DNA of 60,867 nucleotides, the filler included, from Sluysia triapertura (lineage: Eukaryota), in NCBI GenBank assembly GCA_046118255.1. It is 5 parts of 5 records of this genome, joined end to end, with 100 filler letters (N's around TTAATTAATTAA, not from the genome) between each part and the next. Parts side by side here need not be neighbours in the genome. Positions count along the whole stretch, not along the records: positions 37,634 to 48,431 come from JBJNIA010193327.1; positions 48,532 to 60,867 come from JBJNIA010118528.1; 3 more parts are not named here. One strand, written 5' to 3'. Numbering within the stretch: the first letter of the stretch is position 1; each line of letters opens with the position of its first letter. Both the position numbers and the translations under genes were made by a program. Shown here one piece after another: positions 38,801-50,735 of the stretch. The notes below the pieces were generated by a model. That model saw nothing but the letters and a program-made list of their open reading frames with translations, was not told the DNA's origin and searched no databases.

Positions 38801-40172
38801 AAAGTGTTATTATTATAATTTTCAAAAACAATAGTTCTTAGGCTGTAATTTCGGGTTTCCAAATCAAAAATCAAATAATGGTCCTTTAATTTGTTATAAT
38901 CAATATAAAAATTTTCAAATGAGGTAATTTAAGAATAAAAATATTCTAATAATGTAACAAAAATTATTACAGTATTCTCGTTTAACTTAGAAACTTAAAA
39001 ACGCTTGTATCAAAAATTTACAATTAGAAAGGCTTAGAGTAAAATTAAACACGAAATCTTTAATAAACTAAATCTTTATACTAAATCACATACTTTAATA
39101 TTAGTCTGTGTATAAGAATGCAAAATAGTTTCGTTATTACTTTTATTTGTAAAACAAAGTTTATAATATAATTTTTAATGAATCTTCGATGAAACGTTTC
39201 CAAATGTTACTAATTTTCCATTTTCTTATCAATTTTTATTGACTGAAGAAGACCCTTCTTCGTTTAACGTACGTTGATTAATGACTATTATAATTTTAGC
39301 ATGATCATATAGTACCGGTTTAAAATTAATAATTGTATTAATATTTACTTATTTAATAAACACAACAAAAGGTTTAGTGACACTATTTTTCAGAAATATC
39401 GTTTATTGGACCATTTATATTATCAATCTTACTACTTTTTGTTTCTTTTGAAATAACAAAGACTAATTTTAAAATTCCAAATTTTTTTTCATAAGATGTC
39501 AAAGATATTTAAAAATAATTTTGTTACAATTACGTTCTCATTCATTTCATTTTTAATGCTTTGATAGAATAATGATGAAATTCGAATTTCAGAAATTAAA
39601 TCAAATAAGTATCTTTCGCCGTTGATTATTTTCACACATTATTACACATATTATTTACACGTAATATTACAATATGGATTAAATAAAAATTCGAGGTTCA
39701 TAACATGTATTGTGATGTTGTGTTATATATGATTATTTGTGTCGGTTATATATTGTAGATACATAGATACATACACAGGTATTATATTATTGATTTTTAA
39801 TTTTAGTATTTTAGTATTGTTATTATTATTAATTATTTGGATCTAACATTATTGAATTTAATGTAAATATTTTTAGTAAAATCTTCAATTTTTAAGTAAA
39901 ATCTTAAAGTAAAATTTAAATATTTAAACTAAATATTAAAAAGATAAATTTTATTGAAATAAGATTTGTTTATCCAAAATCGTCCAAGGACAATTAAATT
40001 AGTATGAATTAATCACAATTAGACAAAGTTTCACATAATGTTTTTAAGTATCAACTTTCGAGTCATAATCATACAATTTTTGAATATCAGTTTTTGATTA
40101 AGAATTTCACAAAGCACAATTTTTGGACGATAATAAATTGGATCGTATCATTTCTTATTTTACTATTTTTCG

Positions 40173-41789
40173 TTAGTTTATTTTAAATAAGTTACCGGTA
40201 CTTTTAGAAGTGTTGTGGTTTTTTGTGGTATTTATAATGTTTAAAATTATTATCTTATTCACTACAAAATTTACAATAAATATTTTATTTGCAATTTTAG
40301 AAACATTTACTGTGACATAAAAATTCAAATCTTGATTCAAGAATTTTAGATTAAAAATATCTAAATTAAACGTATTAAAAGTTTTATTTAACATAAAATT
40401 TTCTAATTTATAATCATGCAATAAATATCTAATATCTTCTTTATTGTCTGTTATCCTTACTTCTCTACCTAAAATAAAATCAATAGTTAAGTTATTTACG
40501 TTTGTAAAGTAACTAATGTTGGCATTATTCGGCTGAGCAGGAGCGTTGACCAATCGCATTAAACCTGTGAGTCTGGAAAGATGGTTCAAGTTATCTGGAT
40601 GTAAATATAGATCCTCAATTTGACCAATAGTGTGATCATGCCGACACTTGCTTGGATATTTTGCACATGTACCATTGAAGTCGCTTCCATAAGGACATAA
40701 TGCTTTTCCAATACGCCGATTAGAAATTGGTATACGTTTGATTGTACTATGATAAAGGTACATTAAACTAAGAGAATTACCTTCTGGTTTCGCATTATCT
40801 TCGCATGAATTGTAGTCATTACTGTCAGAAAGATTCTCATTATCCATTTTACTCTTTGATAATTCTGTGACATTGACAATGTTTTGTATCGATTATAGAC
40901 TTGAATTCCGAAGTATTATCATTTACATCTGACATAGTGTTGACAAGAATTAGATGTTGAATCTATGTTGGGATAAACTATGCTCATCACCACTAATTAT
41001 AATAGATTTGACATTCTTAGACTCATCATCAATATTAAGAACTTTGAACGAATGAGTGGGGATCTTACTCAAATACAAGTCGACTAAATTTGAAGAATCT
41101 GTTAAAATATTCAATTGTAGCTTACGAAAACATCTATCATCATAAAGAAACACATTTGACTGTGCTTAAATCTCATATCTGTATTTGCAAGAGAATAATG
41201 ACTTATCATAAAATGGGACGTTCGCACCATGGGGATGATAATTATTAGTTTCAACTCCAAATCTAAAAGATTTATGTTCATGAAAATCCATCCATTTTAT
41301 TTCTCGACTAAAACCTAATTTATGTTTGTTTTTACATGAGACTACATATCCAACCTCACAAATGGTTTCTATTCTGTATTCATGGGGTTTAAATGCTATT
41401 ATGAAACCATGAATTCTTTCTACGATTTTGTATTTATATTTACTATTGCTGTACGTTTCGATCGCACTGTTCTGTGTCTCAGTAACATATCTGAAGTCTT
41501 TATTTTTACATCGGTACCTTATTCTTTTACATTCTGTTTCTTTTTTTAGCAATTACATTATCTTGTCGTTTAATACAAGTAGAAATATTGTTATGATCAG
41601 TACTGACATGACGATGATTTTTTTAAATATTTGTAAAGGAAATACAAACTTTAAATTCTTTCTATCAACAGCTTTATGATTAATGACACGATCGTATTCG
41701 GAAAATGAATTTACTAGCTTAACTTCGAATGTATTTATCTCATTATCATTTAAAATCACTATATCTTCACATTGAAAATTTTGAGTCAT
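40173..41789 (-). pseudogene. Cassette A: disrupted ~1.6-kb intronless ORF with CCCH zinc finger (40632-40697)
   Basis: Four track ORFs (41789, 41552, 41153, 40847) share one frame, separated by TAA stops or short compensating frameshifts; contains CPYGSDFNGTCAKYPSKCRHDH. Confidence 0.7.
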
Positions 41790-42000
41790 TACTTTAATTT
41801 TAACTTGAAAATTTTTAGTAATAACTTTTTTGATAATTCTTTTTCTTTTTGTTGTTACATAAAAATTTTTGCGTGTTAAAATAATAATCTTTTTAGTGTA
41901 TCATAATTTTTAGTTTGTCTGGATTGGTTGTATCATAAAAACTTGTGTGTGTGTGTGCTAAAATAAAGATATTTTTTTGTGTATCTGTGTTTGGATTGGT

Positions 42001-42052
42001 TGTCCAACCAGAGATATATAAAAATAATGAGAAAAATCATTCTGGTTGGACA
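42001..42052 (-). promoter_or_regulatory. Conserved hairpin/inverted repeat upstream of cassette A ORF
   Basis: tgtccaaccaga-N28-tctggttggaca; homologous to 47032-47081 and 49103-49159. Confidence 0.7.
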
Positions 42053-42249
42053 GCCAGTAATAATATAGGCTATTTTTATACTTAAAAAAGTAGACACTAA
42101 CCACTGTCAATGGTGACAATGGTTGTAACCCAATGATAGTGGTAGCTACCAAAATGATTAATAAAAATTAAAGTTTGTGCTGACAATAATAATAATAATA
42201 ATAATAGTAATAATAATAATAATAATGAAAATGATAATAATAATACAAT

Positions 42250-42860
42250 GTTATTATTATTATTAAAACTGCATAAATTCTTCCTTTGTCTTGAAAAACA
42301 TGATTTTACTTTTGATTCTTTTCTTTCTCGACATATTAAACTTAAAAACAGATGAGCCTTAAAGAATTGTGAGTTTGCCATGTTACAGCTTAATGCTACA
42401 TATTTTGGATAAGGTTTTAAGGTGTTTGAATATAAATTTAACTGCCGTTTTCTGGTTTCAAGTAAAGATAAATTTAGGTTTTAGTATTTTGAAGTAATAT
42501 AAATGTTTTATGTGGATATTAAAATACACCTTGATGTTTTGAAATGAAATAATGTTTTTGGCTGAAGATGAACTTGAGTATTAAAAGGTAATGAATCAAA
42601 TATCTTGAAATAGTGTAAATGTTTAATATGGATTATAAATGTACATTGGTTTTTGCATGAAAGTAATGTTTAGCTATTTGGAAGTGTGATTTAAAATGCA
42701 TTGGAAAGAGTATAGTTTAGTGAATGAAAAGAAGATAAGTTGTAGTCTAGCTTTTAGTATGTTCAAAAGGTGATTGTGCTGTGTTGAAAATATGATTTAT
42801 TTTCTTGATGTTTTTAAGTAATATTATTGAATGATAACAGATCACGAGATGGTTTAATTT
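42250..42860 (-). repeat. Shared AC-rich leader of cassette A (possibly retroelement-derived)
   Basis: 42710-42860 aligns with 47495-47660, and 42270-42620 aligns inverted with ~48550-48885. Ends in an (AAT)n tract on the minus strand. Confidence 0.65.
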
Positions 42861-45800
42861 TTTAGTTGCAATATATATATATTTCATAATTCATGTTAAA
42901 AATTATTAGTCTATGTTGCCATCCCTGTACTAAATTAGTAAAAAAAGTTCTTCTTAGAATATTCTTAAGGTCATTCATTTCAAATCATATAATTGAAGCC
43001 TTTTTTTAACATCGTCCGCTGGACCAAACCTTTAAGAATGCGTATTCTGAATGTTAAATGGAAAAGAGCAAAATGAGTTTTATATTTTTATTAATTAATG
43101 GAAAAACGATTTTTATCTGATTCGGTAATCTTGATTAAAGATTAAATATGAAATCAATTTAAAATTACATAAATTTGTTATAAAAGTGAATAATTATTTT
43201 AAATTAAGTTTTTAAATTATAAATTATTTTAATAAAAACTTAGAAAAGAATGGTTTCATATATTTATTAAGATAGAAATCAAAACTATTTTTAATTTTTT
43301 ACATAATGTATGTTTCTTTAAATCTATATTTGATTGCAAAATGAAAAATTGCTTTCCTAGAGCTTTTAATATTCATTTAATCAAAACAAAATTTAAATGA
43401 GACTTAATAAAATGAATATATTGAAAGACTTTCTTCATTTATTAATTAATTCTAAAAAAACTAACTTAAATATTTTATTTAGAAAGGAATAATATAATTT
43501 TTTAATTGTATTTTTAATGTGTCACTTTAAAATAATCAAATAAATTTATTGATTATTAATGTGTTTGTATTTCATTTAAAATATTTCTATTTTGATTTAA
43601 GCTTGAAAAATTGGGATTATTTTATTATTTTTTATTTAAAAACCAAACAGAAATATAAACTAGAAACATATTAAACATTGTTTTCAAAAATGATTATAAT
43701 TACATTATATCATTTGGAATAATGGAAATGAAACAAGAAAAATATGGACGAAATCTTTTAAGATTAGCAAGGAAAGGCATTATTTTGCACTAATCATATA
43801 TAGCTAAACATTATCTGCATCATTCCTTAATAAAAACGATCTTACATGATCCATCATATCTCTAGAACAGAAGTCTTTCAGTTATTCTTTAAAATATTTC
43901 TTGACAAATCAAAAGAAATTTCAAATTTCATCCGTCTTCTTTTGGTGTTTAAAATACCCAATGATCGGCGAAAGAAATCAAAACTTTACAGTGAATATTT
44001 TAATTCATTCTTCGATCAATATTTTCTGACTCATTTTTCTTAACATTATCAGTAATTGTTGATATTAGTTTTCTGTTTTTTACATAATAGAAGTTTCTTT
44101 TATCCATCTTCGTTCTAACAAATAAGCTTCTTAATTTTTATTTGCATACAATGCACATTCTTTTTTTACACAAATTCATTAATACTTATAGCATACAAAA
44201 TCGTTATCACTGATCTAGACTGAATTTCATTCATATTATTACGAAATTTTCATACGTAAATTAACATATTATAATCTTTTAAAAGTATCTTAACAGTCTT
44301 AAAATAAAATAAAAATCATACGTCTCAAGAGATTTAAAAGAAACAGCTTTAAAATTCTGAAATCAAGCAAGAATTAACTCAAAATATCCATTATTTTTTG
44401 AAAAACATTAACTAATTTATAAGTTAAATTGGCCATATATTCACGATTATATAAAAAAAATTTAACAATAAATAAAAACACTATAGAAAAAGTGTTGTGG
44501 AATGAAAATGAAAATTTTATTTTTACTAATAAATAATTTATTTAGTGTAATAATGTAATAAAAAATATATAAAAGGCATTATTTCCTTCATAGAAAAATA
44601 GGCGTTTTCACAATAATGCTTCAATTTTAGTTGATAACTTCATCGACAATAAACACAATAAATAATTTCTCGGATAATTGGACATTGAATATTTATTTTC
44701 GTTATTTACATTAACAGTATTTTTTATTCATTATTTAATGATTGTACCACAAATAAAATCAAAATCACCATAGTCACATATTTTAAGCATTTTCTTCTCA
44801 TTTAACACAGTCACATAAAATTTCTATATTTATGTAATAAATTCTTTATTTTAAAACTAACTGCATCAAACTTTGTAAAATTAATTTAGCAAAAAAAAAC
44901 ATAAAATTTGTTTAATAATTAATTAATTATAAATTAATATCTGTAATTTTTTAATTTTATGTGTAGATCAGTTTTTAATTATACAATAAATACTATGTTA
45001 TTGTTGATAGATATCATTAAAATGTAGTTAAATATATTATCAAAATGTAAATAGAAAGTGTAAAATAGAAATTCGAGAAATAAACACAGATAAATTTATG
45101 TTTATTCTTAACAAAGACAACAAATATTAAAATTATATAATATCTTTTATAATCACATACAAAAATCCATAAATAAATGGATAATTTAAATAAATAAATA
45201 AACAAATAAATATATTAGTATGTGAATCTTTTATTATTTAGTGTTATTTGATTGTGTAATTCTCATTATCAATTTCAGTTTTTGAATGAATTCAATTATT
45301 TATTGCAGTTATTATTTGTTGATGACTATAAGAACAATGACATGTCGTTTTCCATCTAAANNNNNNNNNNNNNNNNNNNNNNNNNNNNNNNNNNNNNNNN
45401 NNNNNNNNNNNNNNNNNNNNNNNNNNNNNNNNNNNNNNNNNNNNNNNNNNNNNNNNNNNNNNNNNNNNNNNNNNNNNNNNNNNNNNNNNNNNNNNNNNNN
45501 NNNNNNNNNTAGACTACAAAAAGGAAATTATTTTTTCAAAGCTGTTTGAAACTATTTACTGATTTAGTAGAAAAAAAATAATATACAAATAACAAAGTTA
45601 TTTTTTTGTTATATATTTATGTTGTGAGTCTAAAATATTTTAAAATGTTTTGTTTGTAATATCCTTAATACTCTTGGAAAGTATAAATATTAATACTTTT
45701 AAATTAAATTTAATTAATTAAATAAAATAATTAATGAAACTAATTTAAGTTGATAAGAGATTGAGTAATAAGTTATTGATAAAAATGTGATACGTTGATG

Positions 45801-45978
45801 CTTTTGTGAAGATTTAATGATTTGTATGTTTTTAAGGTTAAGATTGAAATTAAAATTTAATTTATATTTTCTATTACCTTTATAAATTATTCTTTCTTTA
45901 CTAAAAAACAAAAATTACACAAAATTTTATTTAAATTTAAATTCTTGACTCCCACGTATGACTTTTCTTGTATTTGTT

Positions 45979-46960
45979 TCACCTACTAAAAAAATAAGAA
46001 TTGATAATACTAAGAATGTGAATATAAAAATTGTTTACCTTATGGTTATTGATCATTGAAGTCTTGTAAGTGGAATTGGTCGAGGTAATTCCAATACTCT
46101 CGAGTAATTCTGCAATTCTGTGTATATGATGGTTATAATTTGTTTCATCTTCTTTATTAAACTTTAATTCGTAAATGGAATGTGCGTAGCGGCAACATAT
46201 TCTGGGCATTAGACATATCTCATTGTTGTCGGAGGAGAATGGACAAAGAGGAGTCACATTAACATTTTTATAATCGTTGAATTCGTAATGTTTATCTTTA
46301 CCATCGTTAAGTTTGAAATCATTAAGTAAGTAAAGATTATTGTTATCGTCATTAAATTAGTAAACATTAATTTTGTAATCGTTAAGTTCGTAAATATTAT
46401 TTTATTATCGTCGATATACTCGTAAACATTAATTTTATAATCAGCAAGTTCGTGAATATTATTATTATCGTCGTTAAATCCGTTAACCTTAATTTTATAA
46501 TCATTAAATTTGAAAGCATTATTTTTATTGTTGTTAAATTCATAAACTTCAATTTTATAATCATTAATTTCAGAGTTATCTTTATGATTGTGAATTTGGT
46601 CTTTATCATTGTTAACTTCATGATCATCACCTTTATTCTTCATAGCTTGAATAGCATCATCTTTATCATTGTTAACTTCACCATCATCATCTTTGTCATT
46701 ATTAGCTTGATAGTCTTCATCTTTAACATTGTTAACTTCGTTATCATCATCTTCAGCATTGTTAGTTTGAATATCATCGTCTTTATCATTGTTAGTTTCG
46801 TTATCGTAATCTTGATCATTGTTAGCTTGATAATCTTTATCTTTAACATGATTAACTTCTTTATTATCATCTTCATCGTTGTTAACTTTGTGATAATCGT
46901 GTTTATAATCGTTAGATTTAACAGAAAACATGATTTCCACCTCAAAATTCTTTTTTAATA
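45979..46960 (-). pseudogene. Cassette B: Asn/Asp-rich repeat protein with C-terminal CCCH finger (46180-46245), one frameshift and one in-frame stop
   Basis: ~11 copies of a 30-bp unit (NNDKDDDxEV-like), then ~4 copies of a 60-bp unit (DDNNNIHELADYKINVYEY-like). Restoring the frame near 46400 links these repeats to VTPLCPFSSDNNEICLMPRICCRYAHSIYEL. Confidence 0.75.
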
Positions 46961-47031
46961 ATTTAGTGGTAAAAAGTCTAATTCTGTCACCTTTTTTTGA
47001 AAATAAAAACTTGTGATTGAGAAAATTTTTG

Positions 47032-47081
47032 AGCCAGAGATTATTGATTTGCAAGAAAACACAGTGATACTTGCTCTGGCT
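47032..47081 (-). promoter_or_regulatory. Conserved hairpin upstream of cassette B ORF
   Basis: agccagag-N34-ctctggct in the same flanking context as the A and C hairpins. Confidence 0.6.
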
Positions 47082-47299
47082 GGATGGCCAATGAAAATAC
47101 ATGATATCATCTCCAATAATTAATGAAGTTACAGTCAACTTTGATGACAACCATCATCAACGGTGACGTTAAATTATAAAAGTAAGTCAAAATTTCACTG
47201 CTGATGATGGAAGTTACTCAGTTGATTATCCGTTCAGGTTTAATAATACATAATAATAAAAATAAAAATGGTAACAGTAATAATAACAACAAAATGTTA

Positions 47300-48116
47300 T
47301 TATTATTATTATTACTAAACACACAGTCTTTATATTTTGAAAACTTACAAGATCTTTCTTTTGAATCTTAAAAAGATTCTCAACATATTTGAATCTGCTA
47401 AAAAATTAATAACTTTGATGATGTGTGAAGGTCAGAGGTTAAAACTGAAGTAATATTTAGATGTTAGTAAATAGTGGGTTAAATTATGTTATACGGGTGT
47501 AGTTTAGTGTGTAAAAAGTAGATAAGTTACAGTCTCACTTTTGATATGTTCGTAAGGTGCCTCTAGATGTTTAGAATGTGGTTTATTGTCTTAATGTTTT
47601 TAAACAGTGATGTCTTTATGTGCTGTTGAAAATTAAATGATGCAGATCATGGGTTTAGAATGTTTTGTTTGCTTTGAAGATGTCTATTAGTCAGTTTCAA
47701 GTGTGATTGTAATTGAATTGTTGATAAATGAAGAATAAAACATTTTAGATGAATTTTTAATGTAATTTGATGGTTTTCAATGTAATTGTGGTTTAGATGT
47801 TATGAGATTCTGGGTTTAATTGATTTTTACGGATAAAGATGTTTTTAGTGGATGTAAAAGGGATAAATATGAGAGTGTTAAAATGTTTAAGAGTATAGTT
47901 TTATTTACAATGTGTTCATTTAGTTTATTATTGTTTCATGTTGATTTTAGAATGTATAAGGTAGGTTTTGAAAGTGAGTGTTATGTTGGCAAAACTTATG
48001 TAAAAGGAGTGTTTTTAATGAGTGCTTTGGGGAATATAGAATGTTAATTTTTATAAAATTTATTAGGAAAATAGGTTGGCCACTATAGATGTACAGGACA
48101 CTTCTGATACCAACTG
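47300..48116 (-). mobile_element. Cassette B leader: retroelement-like remnant starting at a PBS-like motif
   Basis: Minus strand ...tatCA gt TGGTATCAGAAGTG (48116-48099), followed by AC-rich degenerate sequence ending in (TAA)n; homologous to the cassette A leader. Confidence 0.45.
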
Positions 48117-49102
48117 ATATAAATTGTTGATGGAAATTGAGACCGATTATCTTTTAGTTGTCCGCGGTTATTAAAAGGGTCGAAATGAGAGACTCCGGTA
48201 TGTTATGTGCTATGCAGAACAATATAGTTTGGAGTTTAACGTGATTGGTTGTTTATGAAGATGAATCAAGATTTTGTGAGTGGCTTCGAAAAATACGAAA
48301 TATATGCAAAATACTTTAGTTTAATGTTTGTAGAAATCGACTCAATATCAAGAAAATAATCATGAATTGACTTTAATTTTTAAATTTTTATTCTTTTAAT
48401 TTTGTTATTTACGTTTGTTCGGTTTGTAAAGNNNNNNNNNNNNNNNNNNNNNNNNNNNNNNNNNNNNNNNNNNNNTTAATTAATTAANNNNNNNNNNNNN
48501 NNNNNNNNNNNNNNNNNNNNNNNNNNNNNNNTATTTAAGAACTTATTCTAACATTCTCTATTTCATTTTCGACTCAAATCATTTATTATATCTTCAAAGG
48601 TGAATTATGCCTATCAATTTTTTCGAAACAAATATTACTCGGAAATCTATTCCTAAATACAGCTTTAATTCATTTTAACATCTTAGAAATCAATAAGAAA
48701 TTTAAGAAAAAACCAGTACCGTTTTAAAGAGTTCAATTTTATACAACGAAATAACAACGATAACTCGAGCATATTACAGCCTGTTATCAATTTTTGTTTT
48801 ATTTTATATCTTTCATATATTTAGAAGTCACGATTAACAGAAAGAAAGATTGTGTTACATTCTTTTAAAGAGATTTATGCAAAATTTATTATTTTATTTT
48901 TCTTGTTAATAATAATATTGTTATTGTTATTATGATTATCACGTATTAAAATAATTTTATTAAAATTTCGTAATCAACAAAATTGGTTGCTACCATCACC
49001 AGATGACACTACTCATTACAATTTTCATTAATGTGCCAACAGTGATGATAGCCAATCATCAGTGATCATCATTTTTGCAGCTAAATTTGTGAATGCTGCT
49101 CA

Positions 49103-49159
49103 TCATCCAATCAGGACCGATTTTACTCATTGATCTTTTTTAAAGCCCTGATTGGATGA
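49103..49159 (+). promoter_or_regulatory. Conserved hairpin upstream of cassette C ORF
   Basis: tcatccaatcagg-N31-cctgattggatga, a 13-bp perfect stem containing inverted CCAAT boxes. Confidence 0.7.
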
Positions 49160-49282
49160 CCAACCAAAACTAAAAATTAAATCATTAACAAAAATAGTTA
49201 TATTACGAAATTATTACTATACTAGCAATAATCATTGTGATAGTTTCATTTAATCGATAAAAAATTCTTAAAAACTAATTTT

Positions 49283-50581
49283 ATGATTGTCGATCCTGAT
49301 GGTATAATCAAGCAGACAATAAAATTCTTATTTGACCAATTTCAAGTTGTTATTCATATCACGATTCTCTCTCGTAAAGGTCCTTCGAAAGACAATATAA
49401 CTTTAAAGTTATTAGTAACGTATTATATGAATGAAAATAATGATTTTATGATCCACTCGTCATTCATAAATTATCATTCATAAAATAAAACAATTGAGAA
49501 TTATCTTTCATCATGGTATTGTTAATTCGTTATACTCATTATCAACCACTATACCAAAATCATGCGAAATACCATGTCAGATATCAAAACTTTTAAAAAT
49601 ATCAAGTAAAATTAGTTCAACACCAGATTGCAAATGTATCTAACAATGCATCGTGTACAGCTAAAATGTATCTTTATATTATCTACAGTTTTAAATGAGC
49701 TATGCTTAAAACCAACATTGTTTGTCGTAAACGAAGATCTTGAATTTAATAAATTAAAGTTTATCTTGACCCCAATCAGATTTATGATTCATAAGAGTTC
49801 AATTAGGTCTGGAACAATGATGGAACAAAACAAAGCCACTGATATAATCAATGTTAGAAGTAGTACTCAGAACATTTCGGATATCTTAGTCAACCTCATT
49901 TCAATTTTTTTAGTGGATTTAGATCGTAACGATCTTACGGTCAACGTGATTAGTTTCCGATCAGAAGTTAAAAATCAAGTACATTACTCTGTTCAAGTTA
50001 AACTTGTTCACACACTTATATGTCAAGTCATAATAAGATTGAAAGATACTACACCTATTCAAAATAGAAAATGGCGAGAAAATAATCGTAGTAAATTTTT
50101 ATCTTTTTTGTTTAATTACTAATTCGTATATCTTGTTTTTTTTGATCATGTATCCAACACAAAAGCTCATGAGATGCAGAGAGATGTGGCAACAAAATCG
50201 ACGGATCGGAATCTAATAATTGATAAAAACTAAACAATTAATTGTTCAACATTTAGTTCGAATTGTAAATTAAGAAAATTTTCTTTTTATGTGCCTTGTA
50301 ATTTCTTTCTCAACCATATAAATAAAAGTAACTTTAAGTTTAAAGTAAATTTGTTTGAACTAGAAACAATTCGTATGAATAAGAAGATAATATACAAACA
50401 ATCTATGAACGATAATTTTATTGATCTTAATTTCACCATAATACCATACTACTATACCTTATCGAGCTTTAAACGTATACCGAATAAGTTTACAAACGTC
50501 AACGTAATTCAACTATTTCGTTGTAAAAATATACTCAAAACCTTTTCCGGCCATCAAATCAATAATCTTAAGTTTCAATAA
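49283..50581 (+). pseudogene. Cassette C: ~1.3-kb single-frame ORF interrupted only by nonsense codons
   Basis: Track ORFs at 49283, 49628 and 50291 are in one frame, broken by 5 internal TAA and 1 TAG with no net frameshift. Confidence 0.6.
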
Positions 50582-50677
50582 AATACAAATCTATACCCTA
50601 CCAAAATTATTATTACTTCTAATATTCCATTATTATTTTATTATTACATTATCATTTTCGTTATTGACCATTATTGA

Positions 50678-50735
<58 letters not shown>

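Noticed and set aside
46260-46910. CRISPR-like periodicity
   Set aside because: Contiguous tandem units without unique spacers, eukaryotic context and no cas genes.
46397-46958. Ile/Met-rich ORFs in alternative frames and the opposite strand, resembling membrane proteins
   Set aside because: Shadow frames of the 30/60-bp coding repeat.
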